Shown here: positions 8,638 through 17,399 of the stretch, piece by piece | Layout: the number at the start of each line of letters is the position of its first letter | Numbering within the stretch: position 1 is the stretch's first letter | Source of the DNA: Bacteroidota bacterium | Lineage (GTDB): Bacteria > Bacteroidota > Bacteroidia > NS11-12g > UBA955 | Direction: 5' to 3' | Assembly: GCA_016868785.1 (NCBI GenBank) | Contig: VGFS01000006.1 | Location: 7,184 to 71,183 of the forward strand | Length of the DNA: 64,000 bases | Notes under the pieces: model-generated | Seen by the model: only the letters and a program-made list of their open reading frames with translations | Told to the model about the DNA's origin: nothing | Databases searched by the model: none | Program-made: the position numbers and the translations under genes

Positions 8638-9912
8638 TTAGAAAGAACCTCTCAATTTCAAGGTACTGGCCACCTTATCCAAAGCCACGATATAAGCAGC
8701 AATACGCATATTCACACCAAACTTCTCGGCAGTTGCATAGACATTGTCAAACGCCTGCTTCATGGCACGATCTGCCCTCCGGTTTACCCGCTCTTCTGTC
8801 CAGTAGTAACCCAAACGGTTCTGCACCCACTCAAAATACGATACAGTTACACCCCCGGCATTGGCCAAAATATCGGGCACCACCAAAATGCCTTTTTCGT
8901 TCAAAATTGAATCCGCCTCTGCGGTAGTAGGACCGTTAGCGCCCTCTACAATCATTTTCGCTTTGATACGCGCCGCATTTTCTGGAGTTATTTGATCCTC
9001 CATGGCCGCTGGCACCAAAATATCACAAGGCAATTCCAACAATTCGGCATTGGTAACCTCGCTTCCGCCGGTATACCCATCCAAACTGCGGGTGGCACTG
9101 TTGGCCACATAAGCCATCGCAGCAACCACATCGATGCCTTCAGGGTTGTAATACCCACCGGTAACATCAGAAATTGCCACAATCTTCACACCCAACTGGG
9201 CGATCAATTTTGCAGAAATGCTTCCCACGTTTCCAAAACCTTGCACAACACAAGTGGTCTGGGTAGGATTTAAACCCAACTTCGCCATGGCGCTGCGGGT
9301 ACTTACCATCACACCCCTGCCTGTGGCCTCTACCCGGCCCAAGCTACCACCCAAAACCAAAGGCTTACCGGTAACTACAGCGTAGGCATTATGTCCAGAA
9401 ATTTTTGAAAACTCATCCACAATCCAAGCCATCTCCTGCGCGCTGGTACCCATATCAGGTGCTGGGATGTCTTTGTCAGGACCAAACACGTTGCGCATTG
9501 CCAACGTATATCCACGTGTCAAACGCTCCAACTCTCCTTTGCTCATGCTGCGAGGATCGCATTTAATACCTCCCTTAGCACCACCATAAGGCACGTTTAC
9601 TACCGCACACTTCCATGTCATCCATGCAGCCAAAGCTTTCACCTCGTCCAAATGAACATCCATGCTGTATCGGATGCCGCCCTTAGAAGGACCCAAATGC
9701 ACGCTGTGCACCACGCGGTAGGCTTCAAACACGCGAATGGTGCCATCGTCCATCGTCACCGGAATATTCGCTGCCACCACCTTATCGGGCACCCGCAATA
9801 CGTTAGCAAATTGATCGTCCAATCCTAATTTCTCTTTCGCCTCATCGAAGCGTCTCTGCATGCTCTCAAGCGGATTGTAACTTGGAGTTCCACCGTTGTT
9901 AGGGGCTGACAT
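8638..9912 (-). CDS. gdhA: Glutamate dehydrogenase (Glu/Leu/Phe/Val dehydrogenase family)
   Basis: GPSKGGIRYS..MTWKCAVVNVPYGGAKGGIKCDP.., with the NAD(P) fold GFGNVG. 424 aa. Confidence 0.9.
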   Translation of the reverse strand: MSAPNNGGTPSYNPLESMQRRFDEAKEKLGLDDQFANVLRVPDKVVAANIPVTMDDGTIRVFEAYRVVHSVHLGPSKGGIRYSMDVHLDEVKALAAWMTWKCAVVNVPYGGAKGGIKCDPRSMSKGELERLTRGYTLAMRNVFGPDKDIPAPDMGTSAQEMAWIVDEFSKISGHNAYAVVTGKPLVLGGSLGRVEATGRGVMVSTRSAMAKLGLNPTQTTCVVQGFGNVGSISAKLIAQLGVKIVAISDVTGGYYNPEGIDVVAAMAYVANSATRSLDGYTGGSEVTNAELLELPCDILVPAAMEDQITPENAARIKAKMIVEGANGPTTAEADSILNEKGILVVPDILANAGGVTVSYFEWVQNRLGYYWTEERVNRRADRAMKQAFDNVYATAEKFGVNMRIAAYIVALDKVASTLKLRGSF

Positions 9913-9939
9913 AATGTATTTTGATTACGTTAAGTGAGG

Positions 9940-9947
9940 CAAAAATA
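9940..9947 (-). promoter_or_regulatory. Candidate -7 box (TATTTTTG) for the gdh-psd unit
   Basis: Minus-strand TATTTTTG, 27 nt upstream of the ATG at 9912. Confidence 0.35.
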
Positions 9948-10014
9948 GGACTTATCCCTTGAGTTCACTCAACACCCACCGGCAATGTTCCAAATTGTAT
10001 ACAAGAAGGGGGCT

Positions 10015-11475
10015 TTATTTTGCCAACGACCTGCGCAACAACCGCCTTATAGACAGAAGGATACCCTTCCATTTTATTTCCTTTCTAACCTGGAGGTAGT
10101 TGCACAATAAGAGGACAACAAACGAAAGATTCACCGCCATCATTCTTCTAAACTGCTGCGGTGCGACCCACATTATGCGATCCATTAGGCCCATTGATTC
10201 ACGCCCATAAGACTCAATGGCCCCAGGCGAAACAAAGCCATCCATACCCTTCCAGCAAAGGATCAACACCAACAGAGACAGTCCATAACTCAGAATTAGT
10301 GCTTTAAACCGATTTTGTGCGTGCAGATAATGCCCCATGGGCGCGGAGAGACCCAAAAACAATACAGCCGGTGAGATTAAAACAAACGCTTCCTTCAACC
10401 CCCCAAACGTATCTCCGAAAATCCAGACGTAGAAGTCGGGTGGCAGCAACATCAACACTACAATGGCCGCCAAAGTACCCAACCCAGAGATGACAACATA
10501 AAGCGAGAGTAGTCGGGCAAACTTCTTTTTATACACGCCCCATCTCAACATCCGAGAATGCAAAATGGTGCCGAAGGAATTGCCAAAAATCCAAAGGGTA
10601 TCGGCCATGAGCAAGGCATTGGCCAAAACACCTGCCGCGGTATTGCCAAATTCATTTGCCATCCACCATAAGGGCATTCGATACAACAAAAACAATAGAA
10701 TGTGGCCGATTTGCGACATCACCCCACTGCGGAACAAGTCCGTTGGCGGATGCCATGTCCTGTTGTGATTGGAATCAGAAAAAGCTTGATGCTTCCACAG
10801 ATACACCAAGGATCCCACGCAAGCCAAACCGCTGGCGTACACGAGAATCCAAAGTACCGCCGTTTCATCGAATCCGTGGATGTAATCTAGGGTTTGTCCA
10901 ACAGGCACCTCCACCGCTTGTACCGCGCTCAAATCAATGGCCCTAATCCTTGGAAATAAGTAACCATGGATGGCTTCCAAGCAGAATGCGATACCCAATA
11001 GTTTAAATACTTCCAACATCACTTGTAACTTGTTACGCTGCTGCACCCAACCCTTTACTTGGTAGACATTATACTGTATGGCCAACGACCCCAAGAACAA
11101 CCCCTGAAAAGACAAAAGATTGAGGTGGATGATGTGCGGATGATCAAAATTCAAAGGCAAATCGCCTTGATTGGGCAAAACATATTGAAACCAACCTACA
11201 CAATAACCCAATATCAATACCAGCAACAGAAAAATCCAAGCGGTGGGTAAGATGCGTTTGGCGGGGTATTGCGATAGCACATTGGCAAGGGCGCCGCCGG
11301 CAACCAACTCACTGACCATCAACACCATTTGCAAATTCAACAGTAGAATCGACAGGCTTCCACGTCCGTAAGCCCCCATCACACGGGAGTAAACAATGAC
11401 CACCACGGCTGCCAATACCGCTTTGGCCAATTGCCAACCGAAGGTTTTTATAGGTCCGCCATCGTGATCTTTCAT
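10015..11475 (-). CDS. Polysaccharide-biosynthesis membrane protein, probable Wzx/MOP-type flippase
   Basis: About 12-14 hydrophobic helices over 486 aa. The start is placed at MKDHDGG.. (ATG at 11475), which makes a 4-nt ATGA overlap with the asnB stop. It is the last gene of the GT4-asnB operon. Confidence 0.6.
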   Translation of the reverse strand: MKDHDGGPIKTFGWQLAKAVLAAVVVIVYSRVMGAYGRGSLSILLLNLQMVLMVSELVAGGALANVLSQYPAKRILPTAWIFLLLVLILGYCVGWFQYVLPNQGDLPLNFDHPHIIHLNLLSFQGLFLGSLAIQYNVYQVKGWVQQRNKLQVMLEVFKLLGIAFCLEAIHGYLFPRIRAIDLSAVQAVEVPVGQTLDYIHGFDETAVLWILVYASGLACVGSLVYLWKHQAFSDSNHNRTWHPPTDLFRSGVMSQIGHILLFLLYRMPLWWMANEFGNTAAGVLANALLMADTLWIFGNSFGTILHSRMLRWGVYKKKFARLLSLYVVISGLGTLAAIVVLMLLPPDFYVWIFGDTFGGLKEAFVLISPAVLFLGLSAPMGHYLHAQNRFKALILSYGLSLLVLILCWKGMDGFVSPGAIESYGRESMGLMDRIMWVAPQQFRRMMAVNLSFVVLLLCNYLQVRKEIKWKGILLSIRRLLRRSLAK

Positions 11476-13352
11476 GCCATTTCTTTCTTGGGATAAAAAG
11501 TTTCTAAAAAGCAAGCCATGGCAGCCCACCGAAAAATCTGGGCCAAAAGGGCTTCTTCTTTGGGACTTAGGTTGGCTTGGGCGATATTATTACTTGCCAG
11601 ATTATGGTGAGCTGTAGCGATTTTTCGGGCGCGGGCCAGCGCCGATAGGCGCTGCCCGCGCCTCACCATACCATCCAAACAATCAGACAATATCCATTGC
11701 TCCCAAACCGCAAGTGAAGACAATGTCAACAACCCCGCCGGTACTGTAAATCCCTTTTTATCGGTTCTCCATAACACGGCATCCGGAACCAACCCCTTCA
11801 TCGCCTGTCGCAAGTATCCCTTCGAATACCCATCCACCAACTTCGATGAAAGCGATCCCTCCAAACTCCATGTATCATCACCCCAAGCATTGAGCCATGC
11901 ATCCGCCATGACCACATCATCGGCAAATGGATTCCGTGATTCCAAACCACAAGCCATTCCATTTCGATCCTCATACCGCAACAACTGATTCAACCGCGGA
12001 CCATAATAATCAGCACGCATCAACTCATCAGCGCAACTCACGGGTGCACTGCCCTTGAAAACGCCCAACAACGACTTCAACCACTGTTTACCTGCTTGAT
12101 AAAATCCAATGGGCCATTTGTCGCGCACTGGCCATAATCGTCCTCTTTCCGACCAAAAAGCAGCCTTATAATAATGTGGATAGCCGCCAAAAATCTCATC
12201 GGCACCCTGACCATTAAACAATACCTTCACCCCGGTTTCACGAACCTTTTCACACAAAGCAAAATGGGCCAAATTGTTCCATGCCACAGGAATCCTGTGA
12301 GTGGCCGAAATATATCGAGCCAAATCGTGGGCATCCAACTCAGACACATCAATGGTATGCCAAATCCCTCCCACCGATTCTACCACAGCACGCTGATAAT
12401 CACTTTCGTCGGCCGCACTTCCCGGAGAAACCACCGAAAACACATGCAAATGCGCTTCCTTTCCCAACAGTTCGCGGGCCACCGCCACCAATGCGGCACT
12501 GTCGATTCCCCCACTAACAGCAAAACCCAAAGGCACATCACTGCGCAACCTGCGCCTAATGCCAAACTTCAGTTGCGCCCGCAACAAATCGCTGTATTTC
12601 TCGGGCAATTGCTTTAACCCCATGCGCGACATCCAGGCTTGATCGTCGGCGAGTTGAATATACCCCCCATCGTGCCAAGCCCTGTGTTCCACAACACCTC
12701 GATCGGTGAATTGCAACAGAAAACCCGCTTCCAACGATGTTATTTCTTGAAACAATGGCAAATTATCGCTTTCTCCATGATTCATGTGGTTGAGCAGTGC
12801 CTGTTCATTGAGAGAAACTGGCATTCCGAGCGACCCCAATACTTGAGAAAGCGCAAAATCTTCGGAAGCAAACCAAATCGAATTTTGATTTGCCGCATAA
12901 TACAGAGGCTTCACACCGGTTCTGTCGCGAATCAGTGTGAGGGTTTTCTCCACGTCATCCCAAATGGCCATGGCAAAAAAACCATCCAATTCCGACAAAA
13001 CGGCCATCCCCAATCGCTGCCAAAGATGGAGCAATACCTCCGTATCCGTGCCTGAGGGATAGTCCACCCCATACTTTTGAGCCAATTCTATGTAATTGTA
13101 TATCTCCCCATTGTAGGTAATGGCATAGCGTTTATCCGCGGTTATCATGGGCTGTGCACCTGCATCACCCAATCCCAAAATCGACAGACGCCGATGCACC
13201 AACAAGACTGTCCCGTTGTTGGCCTCAAATTGTTGGATCCCATGTCCGTCTGGACCTCGGTGCAATAACAAATCCGAAAACTGCACACCTACTGCATGCA
13301 TTTGAGCATGATTGCCACCGGCAAACTGAATTCCTCCGGCTATTCCACACAT
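11472..13352 (-). CDS. asnB: Asparagine synthase (glutamine-hydrolysing) family amidotransferase
   Basis: N-terminal nucleophile MCGIAGG, GATase-II domain (HRGPDG, RRLSILGL) and PP-loop SGGIDSAALVA. 626 aa. Confidence 0.9.
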   Translation of the reverse strand: MCGIAGGIQFAGGNHAQMHAVGVQFSDLLLHRGPDGHGIQQFEANNGTVLLVHRRLSILGLGDAGAQPMITADKRYAITYNGEIYNYIELAQKYGVDYPSGTDTEVLLHLWQRLGMAVLSELDGFFAMAIWDDVEKTLTLIRDRTGVKPLYYAANQNSIWFASEDFALSQVLGSLGMPVSLNEQALLNHMNHGESDNLPLFQEITSLEAGFLLQFTDRGVVEHRAWHDGGYIQLADDQAWMSRMGLKQLPEKYSDLLRAQLKFGIRRRLRSDVPLGFAVSGGIDSAALVAVARELLGKEAHLHVFSVVSPGSAADESDYQRAVVESVGGIWHTIDVSELDAHDLARYISATHRIPVAWNNLAHFALCEKVRETGVKVLFNGQGADEIFGGYPHYYKAAFWSERGRLWPVRDKWPIGFYQAGKQWLKSLLGVFKGSAPVSCADELMRADYYGPRLNQLLRYEDRNGMACGLESRNPFADDVVMADAWLNAWGDDTWSLEGSLSSKLVDGYSKGYLRQAMKGLVPDAVLWRTDKKGFTVPAGLLTLSSLAVWEQWILSDCLDGMVRRGQRLSALARARKIATAHHNLASNNIAQANLSPKEEALLAQIFRWAAMACFLETFYPKKEMA

Positions 13353-14617
13353 GGATCAATGAGGCTTCGGTAAGACTTCTCCAGGGTAGCCGCTACGGCC
13401 GAAGGATTGTATTTTGCCGCGGCTTCCGCCGCGATATTCGCTTTATTCCAGGCTTGCGCCTGCAAAAAGGCCTGCTCCATGGCGGAAGTCAGGGCAGATT
13501 CGTCGGCAGGATTCACGAGCAACCCATTGCGATCATCGATCATTTCGGGCACCCCGGCCACAGAGGTCGCGATCACAGGCAGACCGCAACAGTGGGCCTC
13601 AGAGATCACACAAGGGGCATTTTCCATGTCTGAAAACAACACAAAGGCATCGGCACATTGCATCTGAAAAGCTACATCTAGGGGTTCTTTCGGACCGAAG
13701 AAGGCCACGCTGGGTTGAAAAATATGCAAGAGACCGAGTCCAAATGCCGCAGTTCTGGCTTGACTCAAATACAATTCATTGGTTCCACCCACGATGCGAA
13801 ATTGCATATACCAATCGGGGTGTTTTTGTTTGAGCGCCGCAAAGGCCCGAAGCATGCCCAACACATTTTTCCTGGGTTCTAGGGAAGATACATGCAGAAA
13901 GGCAAAAGGCATTTTATTGGTTTCGGGATGGACCTCAGGTTGTTTGTGATAAAACACCGAGGAATCCACCACGTTGCGGAAGAGGACAAAGGGCTTCGCC
14001 CCACCGAGGTAGGCGTGCATGGCGCGTTGTGAAGCCAAACTTACAGGCGCTGCAACCGTCACCTTTTCCCAAAGCCTGAAATAATCGCGTTGAAAAACAG
14101 CCCCCCGTTTGCCAAACCCATCAGAAACCACCTCATTAAATATCGCCCAATGCTCTGTATACCATAGCGGTACCGCACCCTTACCCTCCTTGCGAAACAA
14201 GCGATACAACGCCGGTATCACCCGGGCTATTTTATCCCCACCGTGGACGTGCACCGCAACAGGCACCCTTTCGGCGGCCACGGCCGCCTTCAGGGCTCCT
14301 CCCGCCAACCAGCGGTATAGGGTGTAGTTTACTGCCCGACAAACAATCCCACCCCAAGGTAGTTGAGGCACAGGCCGACAGTAAATTTGTACCCCCGGAA
14401 TGCTCACGATGTTGGCAGGAACCGAATCTTTGCCCCACCGATATACCGGAAAATGGAAAATTCTGATGGCATTACCTGCGGGCGAAGCCCGCAGGTAATG
14501 CGACACCGCCATAGCATGCCTGGCCACAAAATTGCCCGACTGAACATCCAAACTATTTGGAAACCAACCAGCCAACCACCATATCGTTTTGCTATCGCGC
14601 ACGTAACAAAAGTACAC
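13340..14617 (-). CDS. Glycosyltransferase family 4 (GT-B, group 1)
   Basis: C-terminal retaining GT-B signature (FGPKEP..ADAFVLFSDMENAPCVISEAHCCGLPVIATSVAGVPEMI). 13-nt overlap with asnB. Confidence 0.8.
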   Translation of the reverse strand: MYFCYVRDSKTIWWLAGWFPNSLDVQSGNFVARHAMAVSHYLRASPAGNAIRIFHFPVYRWGKDSVPANIVSIPGVQIYCRPVPQLPWGGIVCRAVNYTLYRWLAGGALKAAVAAERVPVAVHVHGGDKIARVIPALYRLFRKEGKGAVPLWYTEHWAIFNEVVSDGFGKRGAVFQRDYFRLWEKVTVAAPVSLASQRAMHAYLGGAKPFVLFRNVVDSSVFYHKQPEVHPETNKMPFAFLHVSSLEPRKNVLGMLRAFAALKQKHPDWYMQFRIVGGTNELYLSQARTAAFGLGLLHIFQPSVAFFGPKEPLDVAFQMQCADAFVLFSDMENAPCVISEAHCCGLPVIATSVAGVPEMIDDRNGLLVNPADESALTSAMEQAFLQAQAWNKANIAAEAAAKYNPSAVAATLEKSYRSLIDPCVE

Positions 14618-14695
14618 AGCCCAAAGCGTCGCATCAAATAATTGGCAATTTTTGCAAAGGATCTGTACGAAATTGAAAATTATTCAAAAAATAAC

Positions 14696-14703
14696 TATCT
14701 TTG
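14696..14703 (+). promoter_or_regulatory. Candidate -7 box (TATCTTTG) for tRNA-His
   Basis: TATCTTTG ends 13 nt before the first tRNA base. A TTG sits 20 nt upstream (14673..14675) as a possible -33 element. Confidence 0.4.
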
Positions 14704-14716
14704 CAGCCCACAAAAT

Positions 14717-14791
14717 GGCGGTTATAGCTCAGTAGGTTAGAGCACTAGCTTGTGGCGCTAGGGGTCGCCGGTTCGAGCCCGGTTAATCGCC
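14717..14791 (+). tRNA. tRNA-His (anticodon GTG) with genome-encoded G-1
   Basis: Hand-folded cloverleaf: G-1, acceptor GCGGTTA/TAATCGC, D stem GCTC/GAGC, anticodon stem CTAGC/GCTAG with loop TTGTGGC, T arm GCCGG-TTCGAGC-CCGGT. C73 pairs with G-1. CCA is not encoded. Confidence 0.9.
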
Positions 14792-14801
14792 CTCCAAAAA
14801 C

Positions 14802-14829
14802 AAAAAAGCAGCGAATTCGCTGCTTTTTT
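14802..14829. terminator. Bidirectional rho-independent terminator (tRNA-His / folE)
   Basis: Perfect palindrome GCAGCGAATTCGCTGC flanked by A6 upstream and T6 downstream. It sits between the convergent tRNA-His and folE. Confidence 0.8.
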
Positions 14830-14885
14830 GTTTTATCCAAAATTCAAGGAAAGCACCTCCGCGCACCCCCTGAATCTATACCCTG

Positions 14886-15557
14886 TTATCCGATGTACTT
14901 CAACAGCTCCGCACGCGTAGCCGCATCCGAAAACTTTCCATGAAAACTGCTCGTCACCGTGCTGCTGCTCGTATCCTTAATCCCCCTGCTGGCCACACAC
15001 ATGTGCTTCGCATCAATGATCACCGCTACATCCTCGGTACCCAACACCTTCTTCAATTCCTGCGCAATCTGCACCGTCATGCGCTCCTGCACCTGCGGAC
15101 GTTTTGCGTAGTAATCTACAATCCGGTTCAACTTGCTCAACCCAATCACCTTGCCCCCACTGATATACGCCACATGCGCAAACCCATAAATCGGCACAAA
15201 ATGATGCTCGCAAGTACTGTGAAAATGAATGTTCTTCTCCACCAACATCTCTGAGTATTTGTAAGTATTCTCAAACAATGTAGGTTCAGGTCGGTTTTTC
15301 GGATCCAACCCCTTGAAATGCTCGTTCACATACATCTTCGCCACACGCAATGGCGTACCCTGCAAACTCTCATCGGTTAAGTCCAAACCCAACACATACA
15401 TAATCTCCTTGAAATGCTTGGCAATCAACTCAATCTTCAAGGCATCGTCCATCATAAAAGCATCCTCACGCAAAGGGGTCTCCCGCTTCACTGAAATGTG
15501 CGAATCGCCCATCTCCTCCCACTGCTTCAGCAGTTCGTTCGCTAGTTTTTTATCCAT
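14886..15557 (-). CDS. folE: GTP cyclohydrolase I (type 1)
   Basis: HFHSTCEHHFVPIYGFAHVAYISGGKVIGLSKLNRIVDYYAKRPQVQERMT. 223 aa. Confidence 0.95.
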   Translation of the reverse strand: MDKKLANELLKQWEEMGDSHISVKRETPLREDAFMMDDALKIELIAKHFKEIMYVLGLDLTDESLQGTPLRVAKMYVNEHFKGLDPKNRPEPTLFENTYKYSEMLVEKNIHFHSTCEHHFVPIYGFAHVAYISGGKVIGLSKLNRIVDYYAKRPQVQERMTVQIAQELKKVLGTEDVAVIIDAKHMCVASRGIKDTSSSTVTSSFHGKFSDAATRAELLKYIG

Positions 15558-15963
15558 TGAATTCTACAAAATTACGGGGTGTTTCGTACAATCGCACACT
15601 CAAACTCATTTCCATCGGAACGCGGGCACGCAACTTTTGCCAAATCACCCAAACGATGTTCTCGGCCGTTGGATTCAATTCGCGAAACTCCTCAGTGTCT
15701 AAATTTAAATTTTTGTGATCAAATCGCTCAATCACCTCCTCGTCGATGTACTGCTTGACTAACTTCATATCAATCAGATAACCCGTTATACTGTCTACCT
15801 CGCCCTCTACACGCACCTCCAAATCGTAGTTGTGACCATGGTAATGGGCGTTGTTGCAGGGCCCAAAGAACTGCTGATTCTGCTCATCACTCCAACTCGG
15901 CACATGCAAACGATGGGCGGCATTGAAATGGGCGGTTCTGTATACGGCTACGCGGTGCGACAT
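15550..15963 (-). CDS. 6-pyruvoyl-tetrahydropterin synthase family protein (COG0720), animal-like Cx5HGH type
   Basis: AHFNAAHRLH..FGPCNNAHYHGHNYDLEVRVEGEVD..TGYLIDM..FDHKNLN aligns closely along its length with remembered mammalian PTPS. 8-nt overlap with folE. Confidence 0.9.
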   Translation of the reverse strand: MSHRVAVYRTAHFNAAHRLHVPSWSDEQNQQFFGPCNNAHYHGHNYDLEVRVEGEVDSITGYLIDMKLVKQYIDEEVIERFDHKNLNLDTEEFRELNPTAENIVWVIWQKLRARVPMEMSLSVRLYETPRNFVEFNG

Positions 15964-16032
15964 CTGAAATTATCCTTAGAAGTGATAGTTAAACCAAACA
16001 AATCGAAAATGGTTTGTTTATTCTACAAATCT

Positions 16033-16476
16033 ATGATGCAATTTACGTTTGTCACAAAGGTTTCGGCCCAACGCGATCAGGTAGCCAACCAATTCAATCA
16101 AGACCTGCTGCTCAAACTAAAGCCGCCATTGGTTACCATGCATCTGTTGCGCTACGATGGACAGCACCGCGGCGATGAACTTCTGTTTGCGGTTGGCTTC
16201 GGCAAATTGACACAAAAATGGCATGGCGCCATCACCCAGCACCGATATACCGAGAAACATTGGCTGTTTCGCGACGAAGGCATCGCCCTACCCCATCCCC
16301 TAAAAATCTGGCAACACACCCACGCACTCAAACACGCAAACCATCACACCCTGGTCATCGATCGGGTAAAATTCTCAGGCAAAAACGCCCTATTCACAGT
16401 GCTATTGTGCCTCCCTATTGCGATGATGTTCCTGATGCGCAAACCCCTGTATCAACGGTGGCTCTCTGTGCGATAA
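16033..16476 (+). CDS. SRPBCC-superfamily (START/cyclase-dehydrase-like) small protein, tentative
   Basis: 147 aa from the ATG at 16033; the track ORF 15832.. extends antisense into the PTPS gene. The pattern W.HTH......HTLVIDRVKF.. and the C-terminal hydrophobic tail resemble COG4276-type SRPBCC proteins. Confidence 0.5.
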   Translation: MMQFTFVTKVSAQRDQVANQFNQDLLLKLKPPLVTMHLLRYDGQHRGDELLFAVGFGKLTQKWHGAITQHRYTEKHWLFRDEGIALPHPLKIWQHTHALKHANHHTLVIDRVKFSGKNALFTVLLCLPIAMMFLMRKPLYQRWLSVR

Positions 16477-17399
16477 ATACCGTCCATCACCACCACATGA
16501 GGCAATGTCACCAGCGACAACAAAACAAAGCCCAAGCCCAACGGCATCGACTCATCCAACCGCGAGAAACTGAAGGTCGATAGCGCGTTTTGCGTTGTCC
16601 ACACCGACAACACCACCCATGCCAGCAATGCCACAAATCCCAAAGGCATGAAACCCATCAGTACCCTGCCCACCGATCGATCCGTATCGCGCAAGATGTA
16701 AACCACTTGATAACGCATCGACTGTCCTGCATGCCAAAGGCAAAACACCACCACAAACCCCAATATCAAAGGAGATACCCAATACCAAACCGACACCAAA
16801 ATCCATTGCAATAGGTATTGCCAACGGTGTGCGATGTTTCTGCGATTCAATATCCAAGCATAGACCAAACCAAATGTGAGCGCAATCACCAATAGCATAC
16901 TAGGGCTCAATTGCCAAGCCCGATAATTTTGAACGGTTGGATCACCCAGCATCTTGGAAAACACCGCCATTGCTTCCGGCAAATGCATCAAAACCGGATA
17001 TACCAGCAACCATCCGCCCCACAATAGCGATTCCGGAACAAACCATCGATCCGATAAAAAATTCGACTGACCAAAATGATGCATAGAGATAACCAGAAAC
17101 AGCAGCAGGGCCAGTAACGGAAACACAAACCACAATGCGGCATAGAGCGCCATACTCCCAAGGTAATACAACAAAAACAACAGGCTGCCCCGCAAAGATT
17201 TGTTGGGCCGATAAAAAAAATCATTCCCGCCATGGGGGACCCCCACAAAAACCAACGCTACAATTGCAAAGAGCGACAAAAATGCACCCCCCGCCTCAGA
17301 CTGCGAAATCGACAGCAAGATCAACAAGGCTTGCACGACCGACTGACCCCAGAAGAACCGGTGATTGACCGAGGCCAAAGATGCGTTAGCTGCCAACAT
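16452..17399 (-). CDS. blh: Brp/Blh-family beta-carotene 15,15'-dioxygenase (retinal-forming), probable
   Basis: About 8 TM helices with conserved His segments GVPHGGNDF, SMHHFGQSNF and LWHAGQS. These resemble remembered Blh motifs (GLPHGALDA, IIHFGMADF). The start overlaps the crtY stop by 14 nt. Confidence 0.7.
   Translation of the reverse strand: MLAANASLASVNHRFFWGQSVVQALLILLSISQSEAGGAFLSLFAIVALVFVGVPHGGNDFFYRPNKSLRGSLLFLLYYLGSMALYAALWFVFPLLALLLFLVISMHHFGQSNFLSDRWFVPESLLWGGWLLVYPVLMHLPEAMAVFSKMLGDPTVQNYRAWQLSPSMLLVIALTFGLVYAWILNRRNIAHRWQYLLQWILVSVWYWVSPLILGFVVVFCLWHAGQSMRYQVVYILRDTDRSVGRVLMGFMPLGFVALLAWVVLSVWTTQNALSTFSFSRLDESMPLGLGFVLLSLVTLPHVVVMDGIYRTESHR

Noticed and set aside
14717-14900. 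tRNA-His as a possible integration hotspot (looked for an integrase or a duplicated tRNA 3' end as att sites).
   Set aside because: The tRNA is followed directly by a shared terminator and the conserved folE-PTPS pair. I saw no integrase, and no second copy of the tRNA 3' half nearby.
15964-16032. Possible preQ1 or THF riboswitch in the leader of the PTPS-folE operon.
   Set aside because: Only a weak 7-bp A/T-rich hairpin (AAACAAA..TTTGTTT) is present. I found no conserved preQ1-type loop or A-rich tail, or THF motif, that I can recognise.
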